Of a DNA stretch of 64,000 nucleotides, positions 12,281 to 24,376 are shown piece by piece; position 1 is the stretch's first letter; the number at the start of each line of letters is the position of its first letter. This stretch comes from Chara braunii (Eukaryota; Plantae; Charophyceae): the NCBI GenBank assembly GCA_003427395.1, contig BFEA01000030.1, positions 3,288,171 to 3,352,170 on the forward strand, in the 5' to 3' direction. The notes below the pieces were generated by a model that was not told where the DNA came from, made no database searches, and saw only the letters and a program-made list of their open reading frames with translations. Position numbers and translations under genes: made by a program.

Positions 12281-12470
12281 GGCCTAGCTCAGTCGGTACA
12301 CTCATGAGCTGTTGAAATGCAGACCCAAGTTCGAATCCAGATGCAGTCAAATTAACAAAATAACACTTCTGAATTACCTACTGCAGGGCCGGTCAGTTCA
12401 ATGATGATATCTCAAAGCCGTCACCCTTATTTTTCAAACAGAAAACAGAAAGAAGAAAGAAAAAAACAAC
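12281..12470 (+). mobile_element. tRNA-derived SINE, most complete copy
   Basis: Pol III A box TAGCTCAGTCGG, B box AGTTCGAATCC, non-tRNA body and A-rich tail; no complete cloverleaf. Confidence 0.75.
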
Positions 12471-13400
12471 AAAAAACTTCAAGAGAAGAATATAGTTAAA
12501 AAAAACTGGTGGATTCCTCATGCATTGCAGACCTTTCCCTTTTTTATTCCTTTTTTTTTTGGAGACACACATGCACGTGGTTCCTTTCCCTTATCCATGT
12601 TGCATACACCGTCACACACGTTCTGTTTTTTTCCTTTGTTTAGTCTATAACTTTCTTCAGAGTGTTCGGGCCTCGCTCCTGTTTGAGCCTCGCTCCACTG
12701 CGCAAAATTCTGCATGTACCAGGACTGTATTTTGGACAGGATGCCTTCGGACTGATCGAACATATCTTGAATGTCTTTGGACGATTACCTGATCCAGATG
12801 CATTCAGAAACACTGAGCAGCGGATCGAGGCCATTTAGCTCAGAGTGGCACCTCTTGCTTTTTCCGTTGTGCACAAGGAACAAAACGGAAAACATAATTA
12901 GGGCAGACCCACACCAGGACTTCCCTGCATGTACCTGACCGCTTTCTTGGGCAATGCCTTGATGCACCTGACCGAGATTACGTGCATAAGTTAAAAAGGT
13001 TTCGAAACAGTCTTAGTGTGAATATGCAAGTATGCACTCTTTAAGTTTCTTTTTTCCCTCTGTTAGAACGCCTCTGCCGAGGATAGGCCGGGTCCGGACC
13101 AAGGTAGGTCTGTGTAGTAGGCAAGTTGTTTTAGGAGGTTGGAGAGTAGGTGAGTAGGAGGATAGGATGTAGTGAGTTAATGCAGGTCAGATGAGAAATG
13201 TCTTCTGGAAAAATGGCAACGCATAAGCTAAACCGATTGAAGCTGTCGGGATAACTCCGGGTTGAATTGTGAGGTCCCCGGCCTCGTTCTTTTGATGATT
13301 GGAAATGAAGTAAGAGAATTAAAAAAAAAAAAGAACGCCTCTGCGACAACGGAGTCAGAAGTTGAAGACAACAACTGCTTCGTCTGAAACATCCATTTTG

Positions 13401-13436
13401 ATACCTTTCTCGGCCTTTTGGATAGGATAAAAGTGT
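13401..13436 (+). pseudogene. U2: U2 snRNA 5' fragment (local partial duplication of the next copy)
   Basis: ATACCTTTCTCGGCCTTTTGGATAGGATAAAAGTGT with the same upstream flank TTCGTCTGAAACATCCATTTTG. Confidence 0.75.
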
Positions 13437-13462
13437 CCGATTCGTCTGAAACATCCATTTTG

Positions 13463-13550
13463 ATACCTTTCTCGGCCTCTCGGCTAAGATAAAGTGTAGT
13501 ATCTGTTTCTGATCACTTTCATATCTCATCCGTGGTCCATCGGGCCACTT
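13463..13550 (+). pseudogene. U2: U2 snRNA pseudogene, 3'-truncated, A-tailed
   Basis: Plant-type 5' end ATACCTTTCTCGGCC, branch-site recognition sequence GTGTAGTA, stem IIb GTGGTCCATCGGGCCAC; lacks the Sm site and 3' stem-loops. Confidence 0.9.
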
Positions 13551-14275
13551 AAAAATTAAAAAAAAAATAAAAAACACAAAAAAAAATCCACTATGTAGAC
13601 AAGACTATACCATCTATCCCTGAACACACGCGTAATCGTCATCAATGTATGCAAGCGATATTTCCGGCTCCGAGTAACACGGTACGAAACTGCAAGTGTT
13701 AAAAAAAATAATAATAATAAAAATATAATAATAATAATAATAACAATAATAATAACATAATAAAAATAATAACTGCAAGTGTGAATATGCCCTGGACGAT
13801 GCCATAAAATTGAGTGGTAACTTTGAATTGATTTACAGACAAACTCGTCGACAGATGGGACAAAATCACTAAATCGGATAAATTAAAATCCTCGATTTTC
13901 AAGTTATTAGTGCTTATTGTTACTGATCATACCACCCACACAAGTAATCTCTTTTTATTCTTTTCATCATACCACCCACACAACTAATCTCTTTATATTC
14001 TTTTTTCCTTTCTTTTTTTTCTTTCTTTCTTTCCTTTTTCCCTTTCAAAAACATCATCCAAGGCGATCCTTCATTTGATTATTAGGGAGAACAGCCCATC
14101 CCTGACGATGAAGATGTCCCTAGCATCTTCACCCGAATAGAACGCCCCCCATCATTACCACGGCAGTTGGGCTGGAAACTGCGCCATCCCTGACGATGAA
14201 GATGTCCCTAGCATCTTCACCCGGCTTTTTTCTTTTTTCTTTTTTTTTCTTTTTTTTCCTTTTTTTCTTTCTGTT

Positions 14276-14307
<32 letters not shown>

Positions 14308-14339
14308 CTTTTTTTTTTAGTGTTCTGTTAACGTGAAAA

Positions 14340-15120
14340 GGGGAATCATATGGTGCAGGAGTCGAGGGGAAGACGAGAGGAATCATATGGTGCAGGAGTC
14401 GAGGGGAAGACGAGAGGGCAGCATGCGTGTCCTTTTCATCTCCATTAGATTCCTCTCTCGGTATTAGTGTGCTGTGTATCTGTAAGGAAAGAAGGCATGC
14501 AGAGGAGGTGCAGGAGTCGAGGGGAAGACGAGAGGAGCACACACAAGTCCATTGATACTCTCCTCGAAGCAGATTCCTAAGCAACAAGGGAGAGGCACTC
14601 GAGGTTGGAGAGGGGAAGAGGTGAGCACGGAAAGGAAGGGTGATGTTCCAGCAGCAGACACAGCGAGAGTTCGCCTGAAGAGGGTTTGAGAGGCGTCGCC
14701 GGCAGACAGCAGCAGAAAGAGGAAGAGAGGAAGAGAGGAAGAGAGGAAGAACACACATATTACTGCTGGCAGCAGAGGAAGAGAGGAAGAACACGCATAT
14801 TACCGTTGGCAGACAGAGTTCGCCTGAACAAGCAGAGGAGATTTCCGTTCAAGGAGGGGCATAAAAGAGGGTTTGAGAGGCGTCGCAGTGCGATCCCGCT
14901 CAAGGGAGGGAGGAGAGGACGCAATGCTCAGAAAGCAAGAGCGAAAGAAAGGGGCATGATGTTCCAGCAGACACATCGAGAGTTCGCCTGAACAAGCAGA
15001 CGAGATTTCCGTTCAAGGAGGGGCATAAAGAGGGTTTGAGAGGCGTCGCAGCGCGATCCCCCTCAAGGGAGGACAGACGACGCATATGCTCAGAAAGCAA
15101 GAGCGAAAGAGAAAGCGACA
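14340..15120. repeat. Cluster of short local duplications
   Basis: GGTGCAGGAGTCGAGGGGAAGACGAG x3; CAGAGTTCGCCTGAA...GAGGGTTTGAGAGGCGTCGC x3. Confidence 0.75.
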
Positions 15121-16800
15121 TGAAAACACTCGACGGTTCTCAGCCCTCATCTCATAACGGTCCCGGAATCACCAGGCCAATAAGCCTTACATAAGGTTCA
15201 AAGGGCGTTCCAGAAACCTGCCTGTATACAGTACCTACCTGGCCGGTGGACGAGATGAAGAACACGCATATATATTGTCACATGAATATCAGAGCGCAAA
15301 TGCGAAAAAAAGAAAAAAGGAGAAAAGAAAACCAGGGAAAATTGAGTTCAATTTTTTATCTTCTTCCTTATAACTCCCCCTGTTCAGAACCTCTTGCGTA
15401 CAAGGCCGCCCACGTGGATGTAGGTATATCGTCACATGAATATCAGAGCGCCAAGGCGAAAAAAACAGAAGAAAACAAGAAAAAAAATGAATTCCTTTTT
15501 TCATCTTCTTCCTTACAACTCCCCCTGTTCACCCACTTGCACACAGCCAAAGGGCAAAGAGGCAAAGAAAAGAGGAAGGGAACAGCCAAATACAACAAAA
15601 CAGGGGGCAACAAGCAATAGCACCAAAACGGATCCTAGATGACAAGTCCCAGATGCAAGCACCGCCCCTCCTTCACAGGCCAAACGACAGGACATTGGCT
15701 AATCGATCAAGAGTCCGAATCCTGTTGGGTGAACCATGAACCAATAACTGTACGTATGTATTTCACGGGTGATTCAGAAACGCCGTACACAGCAGCTAAC
15801 ACAGTAGCTACCTGCGTACAAGTGGAAGAGAGGAAGAACACGCATATATTACCGTTGGCAAATCCATCACGCGTTCGGATCCTGTTTTGGATCAACCACG
15901 AACCAATAAATGCACGTATGCATTTCACGGGTGTTTCATAGTGCCGACTGCAGTCGGCACCTGCCCCGTGACTGAGAAGAGGAACACACGTACTACTGTT
16001 GGTAAACAGATCAAGGCCATCGCCTTCAAAAAAAAAAAAAACGATCAAGAGTTTGAATCCTGTTCAATGAACCAATAAATGTAAAAAATAATAACAATAA
16101 TAATAATAATAATAAAACCCGATCAAGAGTTTGAATCCTGTTCGATGAACCAAAAAATGTACGTATGTACTCGAAGGGTGTTTCAAAAAAAAAAAAAAAA
16201 TTGCCGACTACAGTAGGCAGGTGGGTGGCTGGCTGAGAGGAGGAACACGCACGCATAGTGCTGCTGTTCGCAAACAGGTCAAGAGTTTCAGGGTCTAACC
16301 CACCCCGTCTTAACGAAGACCAGAGCTAGGCCTCCAAACAAGATATAGCAATCCAAACCCTTTCCGTGTGAAGCACACATGACGGTTAGTGCAAAAGATG
16401 ATAGGATCCGTGAGCGAGCATGATCACGAGAGAGAGAATTACGATGGCCGACTCGATTTACGATAGGATGATTGATTGTTCGGCGAGGATCCCTTTCCTA
16501 GGGTGAGGGTGAGGTTGACACCCTCACTCTCACCGCATCGGCGAGATCCCTTTCGTTTGACTCTATGATATGAATCATTGAGCTGTATGTGCAATGGCCA
16601 GTGAGTTACTCCCCCTTGAAGCTGCTGCTGCAGAATCTGCTATTGGGCGAGTGACTTACTCCGTGAGCAAGACAAGGACGCAGTCTACGTGTACACACGC
16701 TTTCGGTAGCGGTATGCTTAGACGATGCTTGCCAAGCGTGACAACGGATGCCACCACCTCTGTATCCGGCCTCCAGCTATGGCTGTCTCCGTTCGGCCTA

Positions 16801-16906
16801 CCGTCTACACCTGTGAATAGAACGCCCAGTGATTAGCGCTGTATCTAGACTCAAAGTTGCCCTAATACAGTTGCGATGAACCGGCGTTCTATTCGGTTGA
16901 AGACGG
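16801..16906. mobile_element. 105-bp-family TA-MITE (diverged)
   Basis: CTA|CCGTCTACACCTGTGAATAGAACGCC ... GGCGTTCTATTCGGTTGAAGACGG. Confidence 0.75.
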
Positions 16907-17079
16907 GCAGCTCGCCACACACAAGCGTGTGTCAAAATCAAAAGCATCTTGACCATTGATAGACAGCCACGACGATACGAAAGAATGGACCAAGTGAGGG
17001 TCTGGGGTCTCCACAAGTTGAAACGCCCTCTCTTTCCCCTTTGGAGAGCCATCAATTAAATTACCCTTCGCCATCCAAC

Positions 17080-17305
17080 GTCATCAATCGAAAACTGAGG
17101 GATGAACGACAGCAGACCACCAAAAAAAAAAAAAAAAAAACGCAGGAAGAAAGGCAAAATCGACTACATATGTCATCAATCGAAAACTGACGGATGAATG
17201 ACAACAAACCAAAAAAAAAAAAAAAAAAAAAAAACCCGGAAAATGGAAGGCAAAATCGACGATATATGTCATCAATCGAAAACTGAGGGATGAAGGACAA
17301 CAAAC

Positions 17306-17344
<39 letters not shown>

Positions 17345-17345
17345 N

Positions 17346-17380
<35 letters not shown>

Positions 17381-17410
17381 CGCAAAATGAAAGGCAAAAT
17401 CGACGATATA
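17080..17410. repeat. 3 tandem units each with an internal poly(A) of variable length
   Basis: GTCATCAATCGAAAACTGA.GGATGAA..ACA..CC(A)n..AAGGCAAAATCGAC. Confidence 0.85.
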
Positions 17411-17412
17411 TG

Positions 17413-17476
17413 ATACCTTTCTCATCGTTTTCGCTAAAATCAAGTGTAGTATCTGGTCTGATCAGGTTAATATCTG
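17413..17476 (+). pseudogene. U2: U2 snRNA pseudogene, 3'-truncated
   Basis: ATACCTTTCTCATCGTTTTCGCTAAAATCAAGTGTAGTATCTGGTCTGATCAGGTTAATATCTG, then a purine/A-rich tail. Confidence 0.85.
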
Positions 17477-17720
17477 GGGAGAAAAAGAAAGATCGACGAT
17501 AATACAGTACTAGATCACAATTGCTACCTAGTTTGCCAAATAAAAACATCAAAAACGAAAAAAGAAAGTTATCTTGCTCTCGCTTGCCTTTTACGTTATC
17601 CATTCATTATCATATTAGTATCATATTAGTTATCCACTCATCATCCTACTAGCTATCCATTCGTTATTCTATTACTACGGTCCGTCCGATCATAACATCC
17701 CATCATTCAGGATCCATCCG

Positions 17721-17786
17721 CCGATCATCCATCCAGCCATGAAGCTGCACACGTGTGCATAGCTTCATGGCTGGATGGATGATCGG
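17721..17786. repeat. Near-perfect palindrome at the centre of inverted (AATGGAT)-rich low-complexity arms
   Basis: CCGATCATCCATCCAGCCATGAAGCT-GCACACGTGTGC-AT-AGCTTCATGGCTGGATGGATGATCGG. Confidence 0.85.
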
Positions 17787-17892
17787 ATCCAATGATGAGA
17801 TAATTATCAATAATAAGATAATAATGAATGGATAATGCGTGAGGATACTGAATGGGATAATTATGAATAGGATAATAATGAATGGATAACTA

Positions 17893-18179
17893 GGCTACCA
17901 GCCGGGCTGCCCGGGTCGCCCTATTCTCCCGGGCGGCCCGGCCGTGCAAGGACCAGGGAAGGTCCCAGCCCAAAAAAAAAAAAAATTCCAAAAAATCCGA
18001 AAAAAAAAGTATGTTATGCAGAAAAATTAACTGAACAACTTTTGCTTCAGGGTCACATCGAAATACTTTACCAAATTTAAAAAAATGAAAAAAAAATAAA
18101 TTAAAAAATATTTTGTTTTTTACTTCTTTTATATCTCTTTGGCCCGGCCGGGCAAGTGGACCCGGGCCACTCTGTAGCC
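17893..18179 (+). mobile_element. 287-bp MITE, TIR GGCTAC(C)AG, TA duplication in a CTAG context
   Basis: CTA|GGCTACCAG ... CTGTAGCC|TAG; interrupts an AATGGATA minisatellite; second copy ends at 6060. Confidence 0.8.
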
Positions 18180-18680
18180 TAGATGGATAATTAATTAATA
18201 GGATAATGAATGGATAATGCGTGAGGATAATGAATGGGATAATTAATAATAGGATAATAATGAATGGATAATTAATTAATAGGATAATGAATGGATAATG
18301 CGTGAGGATAATGAACGGGATAATTAATGGGGGGGTAGATCGACGGCTGAATGGATAAAGAAGCGAACGCTGGACTAGTGGATAAAGAAAGGAACGTCTA
18401 TGTACTTCGCTTTAGCAGCAATTTATTATTAGTAATTGGCCAGAGAGAAATTGTGGTCCCATCAATAAATCCCTATATACTTCTACTGAATGGTTTCAGC
18501 TCGGCTCCTCTTCTTCGCATCATCATGATCCACGATCTGGTCATGGTCGGTCATCATCGCCGTCGCTGCCGTTATCATCCCCATCAGACATAGATGCAGT
18601 GGCTGACGACTAATCACCACAACTCGCATCGTAAGAATTAACAATCAGCCATATATAGAGTAGTACCACACCAATCAATG

Positions 18681-18755
18681 GGCCTAGCTCAGTTGGTATA
18701 CTCATGAGCTGTTGGAATACAGACCTAAGCTGCGATCCCGACGCAATCATATGAA
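18681..18755 (+). mobile_element. tRNA-derived SINE head
   Basis: GGCCTAGCTCAGTTGGTATACTCATGAGCTGTTGGAATACAGACC matches the 12281 copy. Confidence 0.7.
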
Positions 18756-18920
18756 CATAACCGGAACGAAAGTAGTACCACAATTACCACCTTAAACGTC
18801 ATCGTCCGAATGATCACGCCCTGCGCACTATCAACATAATCTTCATCGTTGGCATGCCAATTCCCAATGGACTATGTGATTCATTATATGATTCGCAGTG
18901 GTGCTTCCATCACATTGCTA

Positions 18921-19025
18921 CCGTCTTCCCCCGAACACAACGCACCCTCACTTTGGCTGTACCAGACCGGAAACATAGCTTGTATACTTTCATTTTCAGG
19001 GTACGTTATGTTCCGGGGAAGACGG
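18921..19025. mobile_element. 105-bp-family TA-MITE (105 bp)
   Basis: CTA|CCGTCTTCCCCCGAACACAACG ... CGTTATGTTCCGGGGAAGACGG|TAG. Confidence 0.85.
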
Positions 19026-19301
19026 TAGGTATAGGCACGAGCGCAGGAGAGAACAGGTGGACTAGAACAAGAAGTCGTCCCGAGGTACCGGAAGAAAAAA
19101 AAAAAGTGTCTGGGAGGCGACGGGAAAGCCGATCAGACGACAAGATCGGAACGCAAACCCGTTAATCAGGGTATATACTCGGCCCTTAAAACAAAGGAAC
19201 AAGAATGAAGGCATATATACCCTCCCACCTCACGCAGGAATATTGGAGGCCTACCTAGCGCGTCCCTACGAGCAGCCTCACAGCCAGCAACCGTACTCTG
19301 A

Positions 19302-19528
19302 GGGCCTCGCTCCACTACTCACCACATGCACAAAAGGCAAAAAATGTGGCGGCGTATGTTCCCACGTTCTAGCAGAAGATTCATTTTCATTTTGCACATT
19401 TGGTGACAACAGTCTTCACCCGAATACAACGTACCGTCATTATAGCTGTACTTGGGGCAACTTTGAGTCTAGATACAGTGATAGTGACCGTACGTTGTAC
19501 TCGAATGAAGACTAGTAGAGCGAGGCCC
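19302..19528. mobile_element. ~120-bp GGGCCTCGC mini-MITE carrying a nested 106-bp TA-MITE (19410-19515)
   Basis: GGGCCTCGCT ... AGCGAGGCCC ends; interior matches the inner units at 10676-10913. Confidence 0.75.
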
Positions 19529-19824
19529 TCAAGAGTTTTGCGACGTTACTTTTTGTTACAGCAGATGGCTGAAGATGAGCCTCACTCCCCTGCACAACCA
19601 ACATTCCACATGTACACGAAGATGGTAATGGTCCCGATACATTTCAAAATGTTGGATTACTCCGAATGTACCGGGTCCACGACGCAGTCGAGATACCTGT
19701 AGAATATCTAGTACATGAGCGAGGCCCGATTGGCATCATCAGTAAGAGGCGGCGAAAAAAATGGACGCCTTACGAAGACGAGATTGACCACGAACCATTT
19801 TTTTGTCATTTCTTCCGTCTCTGA

Positions 19825-19943
19825 GGGCATACTCACACTACGACCTTTTACGTGTTGCTGGACGGACGTGTGGCCTGATACATCCAGGTATGGCCGTAAA
19901 TGCGGTCAGATCCATTTGAGATACTGCTAGTGTGAGTACGCCC
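19825..19943. mobile_element. 119-bp Harbinger-type MITE
   Basis: TGA|GGGCATACTCACACTA ... TAGTGTGAGTACGCCC|TGA (3-bp TSD). Confidence 0.85.
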
Positions 19944-21137
19944 TGAAGGAGAAAAACGAAAATGACAAAGAGGTGCTACAACAGGTATCCTGGAGACAGC
20001 GAGCAAGTGGTATCCGTAAACAGTATTCACAACCGGATTGGGGTTAAACGGATTGGCTAACGGATTGGCTAACGGATTGAACTAAGGGATCGGATAACGG
20101 ATTGAGTAAATGATAGTAGGCACGGAGCCTCACAGAGGGAGGAGGTATCAAGAAACGTTGATACGAGACAGGAGCCTCATAGGGATCCGTTATAATGTGC
20201 ACGGATGCGCCAAGATGAGAAGAAAGCTCGATGCAAACCAGTTTTGCTCGTGGGAAAAACAACTAAACAATGCGGTGGCTTGAAAAAAAAAAAGAAAAAA
20301 AAAAGAAAAAAAAAAGAAAAAAAAAAAAGAAAGAAAGAAGGAAATGCGCTGGCTGTCCGGTGGGTAGATGATTTGACAGATGGACATAATAACTCCCAAG
20401 GAACACGAACGGCCGACACCCTTCTTCCACCTCCATGAAGGCCGTTTCTCGGCTCACCGTTTCCCTGGTCCGATCATCGGCTTTCCATAGAACGCCACTC
20501 CTCCATTCAGCCTTCTCACCACCGTCTACTTTGTCCTGGAGCAACCTCTCTGGTGCCATACGGCGGCTCTCTCGACACACTCCCCTCCTCCCCATGCAGA
20601 CCGCCTTCCCCTATCACACGCACATCTCTGTTCCGCCTAATCTCGNNNNNNNNNNNNNNNAGCCCTAAACCATTCCGTCCTCCCTTCCGTTCTGCTCTCT
20701 ATTCTTCTCCGCCTCGTTGCACGAGACTTATCGCCCCCGTTCTTCTCTCATCGTTGGAGGCAGAGAAGGTTAGCCAATGTACAACACATTTTTCGCTCTC
20801 AGGGGGGAACCGCCTCCCTTCTTCTCTCATCGTTGGAGTCAGAAAGTTAGCCAACGTACAACACATTTTGCGCGCTCGGGGGGGAACCGCCTCCCTCCCT
20901 TCTTCCTCCCCAAGTCGGCAGTGGTCCCTCCCCGTCTACCCCTCAACCATTCCGTCCTACTTCCGCTCTCTGCTCTCTCTATTCTTCCGCTCGCCTCGTT
21001 GCACGAGATTGATCGTCACCGTCATCTCTCATCGAGGGTCAACAAGATTAACGAGAGAATACAACACATAGACACAAACAACATATTCCCATCACCGGAA
21101 GCTACGGTGGTGGGGTGGGGTGGTCCATCCATCGCGA

Positions 21138-21194
21138 TCGACCGATCCGACCGATCCGACCGATCCGACCGATCAGACCGATCAGACCGATCCG
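21138..21194. repeat. 9-bp minisatellite (GACCGATCC)n
   Basis: About 6 tandem units. Confidence 0.85.
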
Positions 21195-22459
21195 AGATCG
21201 GGCGAAGAAAACGGAGAGGGCAACGGCGAAATTACCGACAAAGACGAACCTAACGGCACGAACACAAAGGAAGAAATACGTGCAATCACGCTAATAAAGG
21301 AAGAAACTGAGTAACAATCTCTCGCTAATGAAGTAAAAAAAAAATGTGCAAACGAGGTCATCGAGACAGGTACGCATGTCAGAGAGCACATAACAATCCC
21401 GAGCACAAGAAAGGCAAAGAATCGCGTGCAGGCATCAGAGTCCTGGAAAAGAAAGCAAGAAAGACACGAAAAAATGATCTGCTAAAATGAGCAACGCAGG
21501 CTCAGAAAACGCGTATTAAAAAGGGGAAAAAAGAAGAAAATACTGTAAAACGCGTGTCAAACCGAAAAAAGAGAAAGCTAGACGAAAAAACGCAGGTGTG
21601 TCAAAATAGGCACGGAGGCGGGGATATGAACACTCTCGAGAGAGTTTGGAGGCTGCCTGCAGAGTCGAAAAGCATGACACGAGGCAAACGGTGAGACACG
21701 CATGAAAGAAAGACACCACAAGAACACGATGAGATGATCGAGGTAGTGGATCCACGGTAGGAAGCCAGGGGGGGGGGGCCGGGGGGNGGGGGAGGGCCTA
21801 TACTGTAGCAATGTTCTGTTTGGAAAGCATGAACCTGGCCATGATAGCAGTCAGATTCGTGCTTTCAAGGCATGAACATAGCACCAATCAGGTCTGGCCC
21901 CAAGAAAGATGACTTCGAAGACGACGGATCGAGATAAGATCTAGACAGACACAATTCAAAAACAACAAGAAACTTGTTACTCACCGCTTTTCAATCTTTT
22001 TTTTTTTTTTTCTGCTAACCGTTCTTCAATCATCTGATCGAAAAAAAAAAAAAAAAAAAAAAAATCATCTGATCGAAGAGACGCTGTCGTTTCACTGACG
22101 ATGCGGGAAGAGTGGAGCGGCGGATCGTCGTTACCAACTGCTCAAGTGGGAATAGAGAATGAGACCTATGGGATGAAAATGAGAGGTAGGGCTGGAAGCG
22201 AAGCCATTGGGGCGGAACTAAGCGGGGCATATCACTCGCTTTCTACCGATACTCAGTGACATCGGCCATGACAGAGGACTAAGAAGGTAGGGTAGGAGAA
22301 GTGTGTGTGCACAATGAGACAAACGTAGTCCGTGAGAGAGGTAGAAGAAAAGAGGCACAGAGAGAGGGAGAGAGAGAGGGACATAGGCATTACAAGTACG
22401 GAGAGAGGAGAAAGAAGGACGGGATGTCGAGAAACAGAGAATAAACGAGACGAAGACTA

Positions 22460-22564
22460 CCTTCTTACCCCGAATACAACGTACGGGCATTATAGCTGTA
22501 TTGGGGGTATCTTTCAATCTACATACAGCTATAATGACCGTACGTTGTATTCGGGGGAAGACTG
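22460..22564. mobile_element. 105-bp-family TA-MITE (105 bp)
   Basis: TIRs present; the paralogous empty site AAACGAGACAAAGACTA-AGCACCTCATGA lies at ~22764-22792. Confidence 0.9.
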
Positions 22565-23106
22565 TAGGGCACCCCATGAATGAGATGATGAAGAAGATGT
22601 TATCACAAGAGAGCCAAGGAGAGGATAGGCTGGCGCAGTGGAAGATCTGCTGCAGAGGGAAGGAGACCAACGAAGAGCGGCACAGAGAGAAGGGGAGAGC
22701 GGTACATAAGGGTTAACAAGTACGGAGAGAGGAGAAAGAGGGACAGGATGGAGAATCAAGAAGAAACGAGACAAAGACTAAGCACCTCATGACTAGGAGG
22801 ATGAAGAGACGAGGAGAGGAGAGGCTGGCGCAGTGGAAGATCTGCTGCAGAGGGAAGGAGACCGACGCGCTCAGTCGGAGAGACAAGAGGAATACATTGA
22901 GAGAAAGAGAGAGAGAGGACAAGCAACAACGAGTGGAGTGGTACAAAAGGAGAAAGAAGAAAAAGAGCGGCAATATAGACAAACAAACAGACAACAGACG
23001 GAGAAGCAAAAGACGGGGATGGTGACAGACGCTATGTAGGGAAGAGAGGCATGACGATCCGCGAGAGTGGGGGAGCACGAAGGAATCGAAGTTATTACAT
23101 ACATAC

Positions 23107-23315
23107 CTGATCCTGAGCTGCGTGCTAAAGATGACATCTCCTCCTCCCCCTGTTAGCGTGAACTCCGGTACCGTGAATTCATACCCATCGAAGTAGAAAT
23201 CGCAGTAATCCAAGGGTTTCGTGTCCAGAGGCCGCGAGTTCACCACCGACGCAAAAAATAGCCCAGCTACGAGCACGACCAGGAGCCGACCGGCAAGGAC
23301 TCGATCCCGGGCCAT
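23107..23315 (-). CDS. Probable first coding exon of a host gene for a secreted or membrane protein (unknown family)
   Basis: MARDRVLAGRLLVVLVAGLFFASVVNS|RPLDTKPLDYCDFYFDGYEFTVPEFTLTGGGGDVIFSTQLRI: basic N-region, hydrophobic core and V-N-S cleavage site; ends at a canonical CAG|GTATGT donor (phase 2). Downstream exons not identified. Confidence 0.6.
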
Positions 23316-23440
23316 TCCTGATATGCAAAAAAATCTCGCTAATAACGATATGATGGCAAAGCACACACCTGTACCCGCCTTCCCAAACATCGACCAGCAG
23401 ACTCAACGTATCCGATGCTACCTACCTAACCGCTCTCACA

Positions 23441-23443
<3 letters not shown>

Positions 23444-23520
<77 letters not shown>
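23444..23520. repeat. Compound (CT)n(CA)n microsatellite
   Basis: Read directly. Confidence 0.95.
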
Positions 23521-23524
<4 letters not shown>

Positions 23525-24336
23525 CCGAGAACACCCTCTACCCAAAAGACATGCACACAAAGAATCGCACTACTGTAGGCCCCAATTACGACTGCCTCTC
23601 TTCCTCACCCTGTTTCTCCCTCCTTTTTCACCTCATCCTCTTTCGCCCTCTTGTTCTTCCGAACCCCCTTTCTCTCTCCCCGTCGTTGTACAGACATGTA
23701 ATTCACGGTAGCGTCACCGTGGCCCGCCTCTATCTCCTGTGGCTCGGGTGTGTGTTTGTGTTGTGTTTGTGTGTCTGTGTGCGCCGCGCGCGCGTCCGTC
23801 GAAAGTGAGAAAGCGAGCAGCTTTCTCCAACCTCGCAATGTTTTCCCGCTTCCTTATAAACACAACCGATCAACACAGGAGGGTCATATCGCTGACGAAC
23901 GAGCGACCTGACGACTACCTCCTGCAGAACGACCCCGCATCCGTTCCCCGCGACCGACTGCAAACGAGCAACAGCCGTCTAATCCTGACACTGTACGATT
24001 ACATGATGATGGCACATTCACCAAGAGCTGAAAACATACCATGCTGCAAGTGAGCAGGAAACTAACAAAGAGCAGGAGAGGAGGCAGCAAGCAGACGGCA
24101 GCCAACACTTTTCACCACCCAAGCAAGAGACAACAATGCTCAGACAGGGACCGCGAAACGTAGGTAGGGACAAACGACGTGTGTGTCAGGACAGGACACC
24201 CGATCCCGGCCACACGAACCGCCTCCAAATACTCCAGAGAATGCTCAGTAGTATTTACAAACCTATCACCCCAGCACCTGATACGCATTCGCGCTTCTGA
24301 TCAAAGCACTTACTCCCCCTCTTCCCCCCCCCCCCN

Positions 24337-24376
<40 letters not shown>

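Noticed and set aside
12281-12350. Functional tRNA gene
   Set aside because: A and B boxes present but no acceptor or anticodon stems; shares a non-tRNA 3' body with other copies
13463-13550. Functional U2 snRNA gene
   Set aside because: Truncated before the Sm site, mutated and A-tailed
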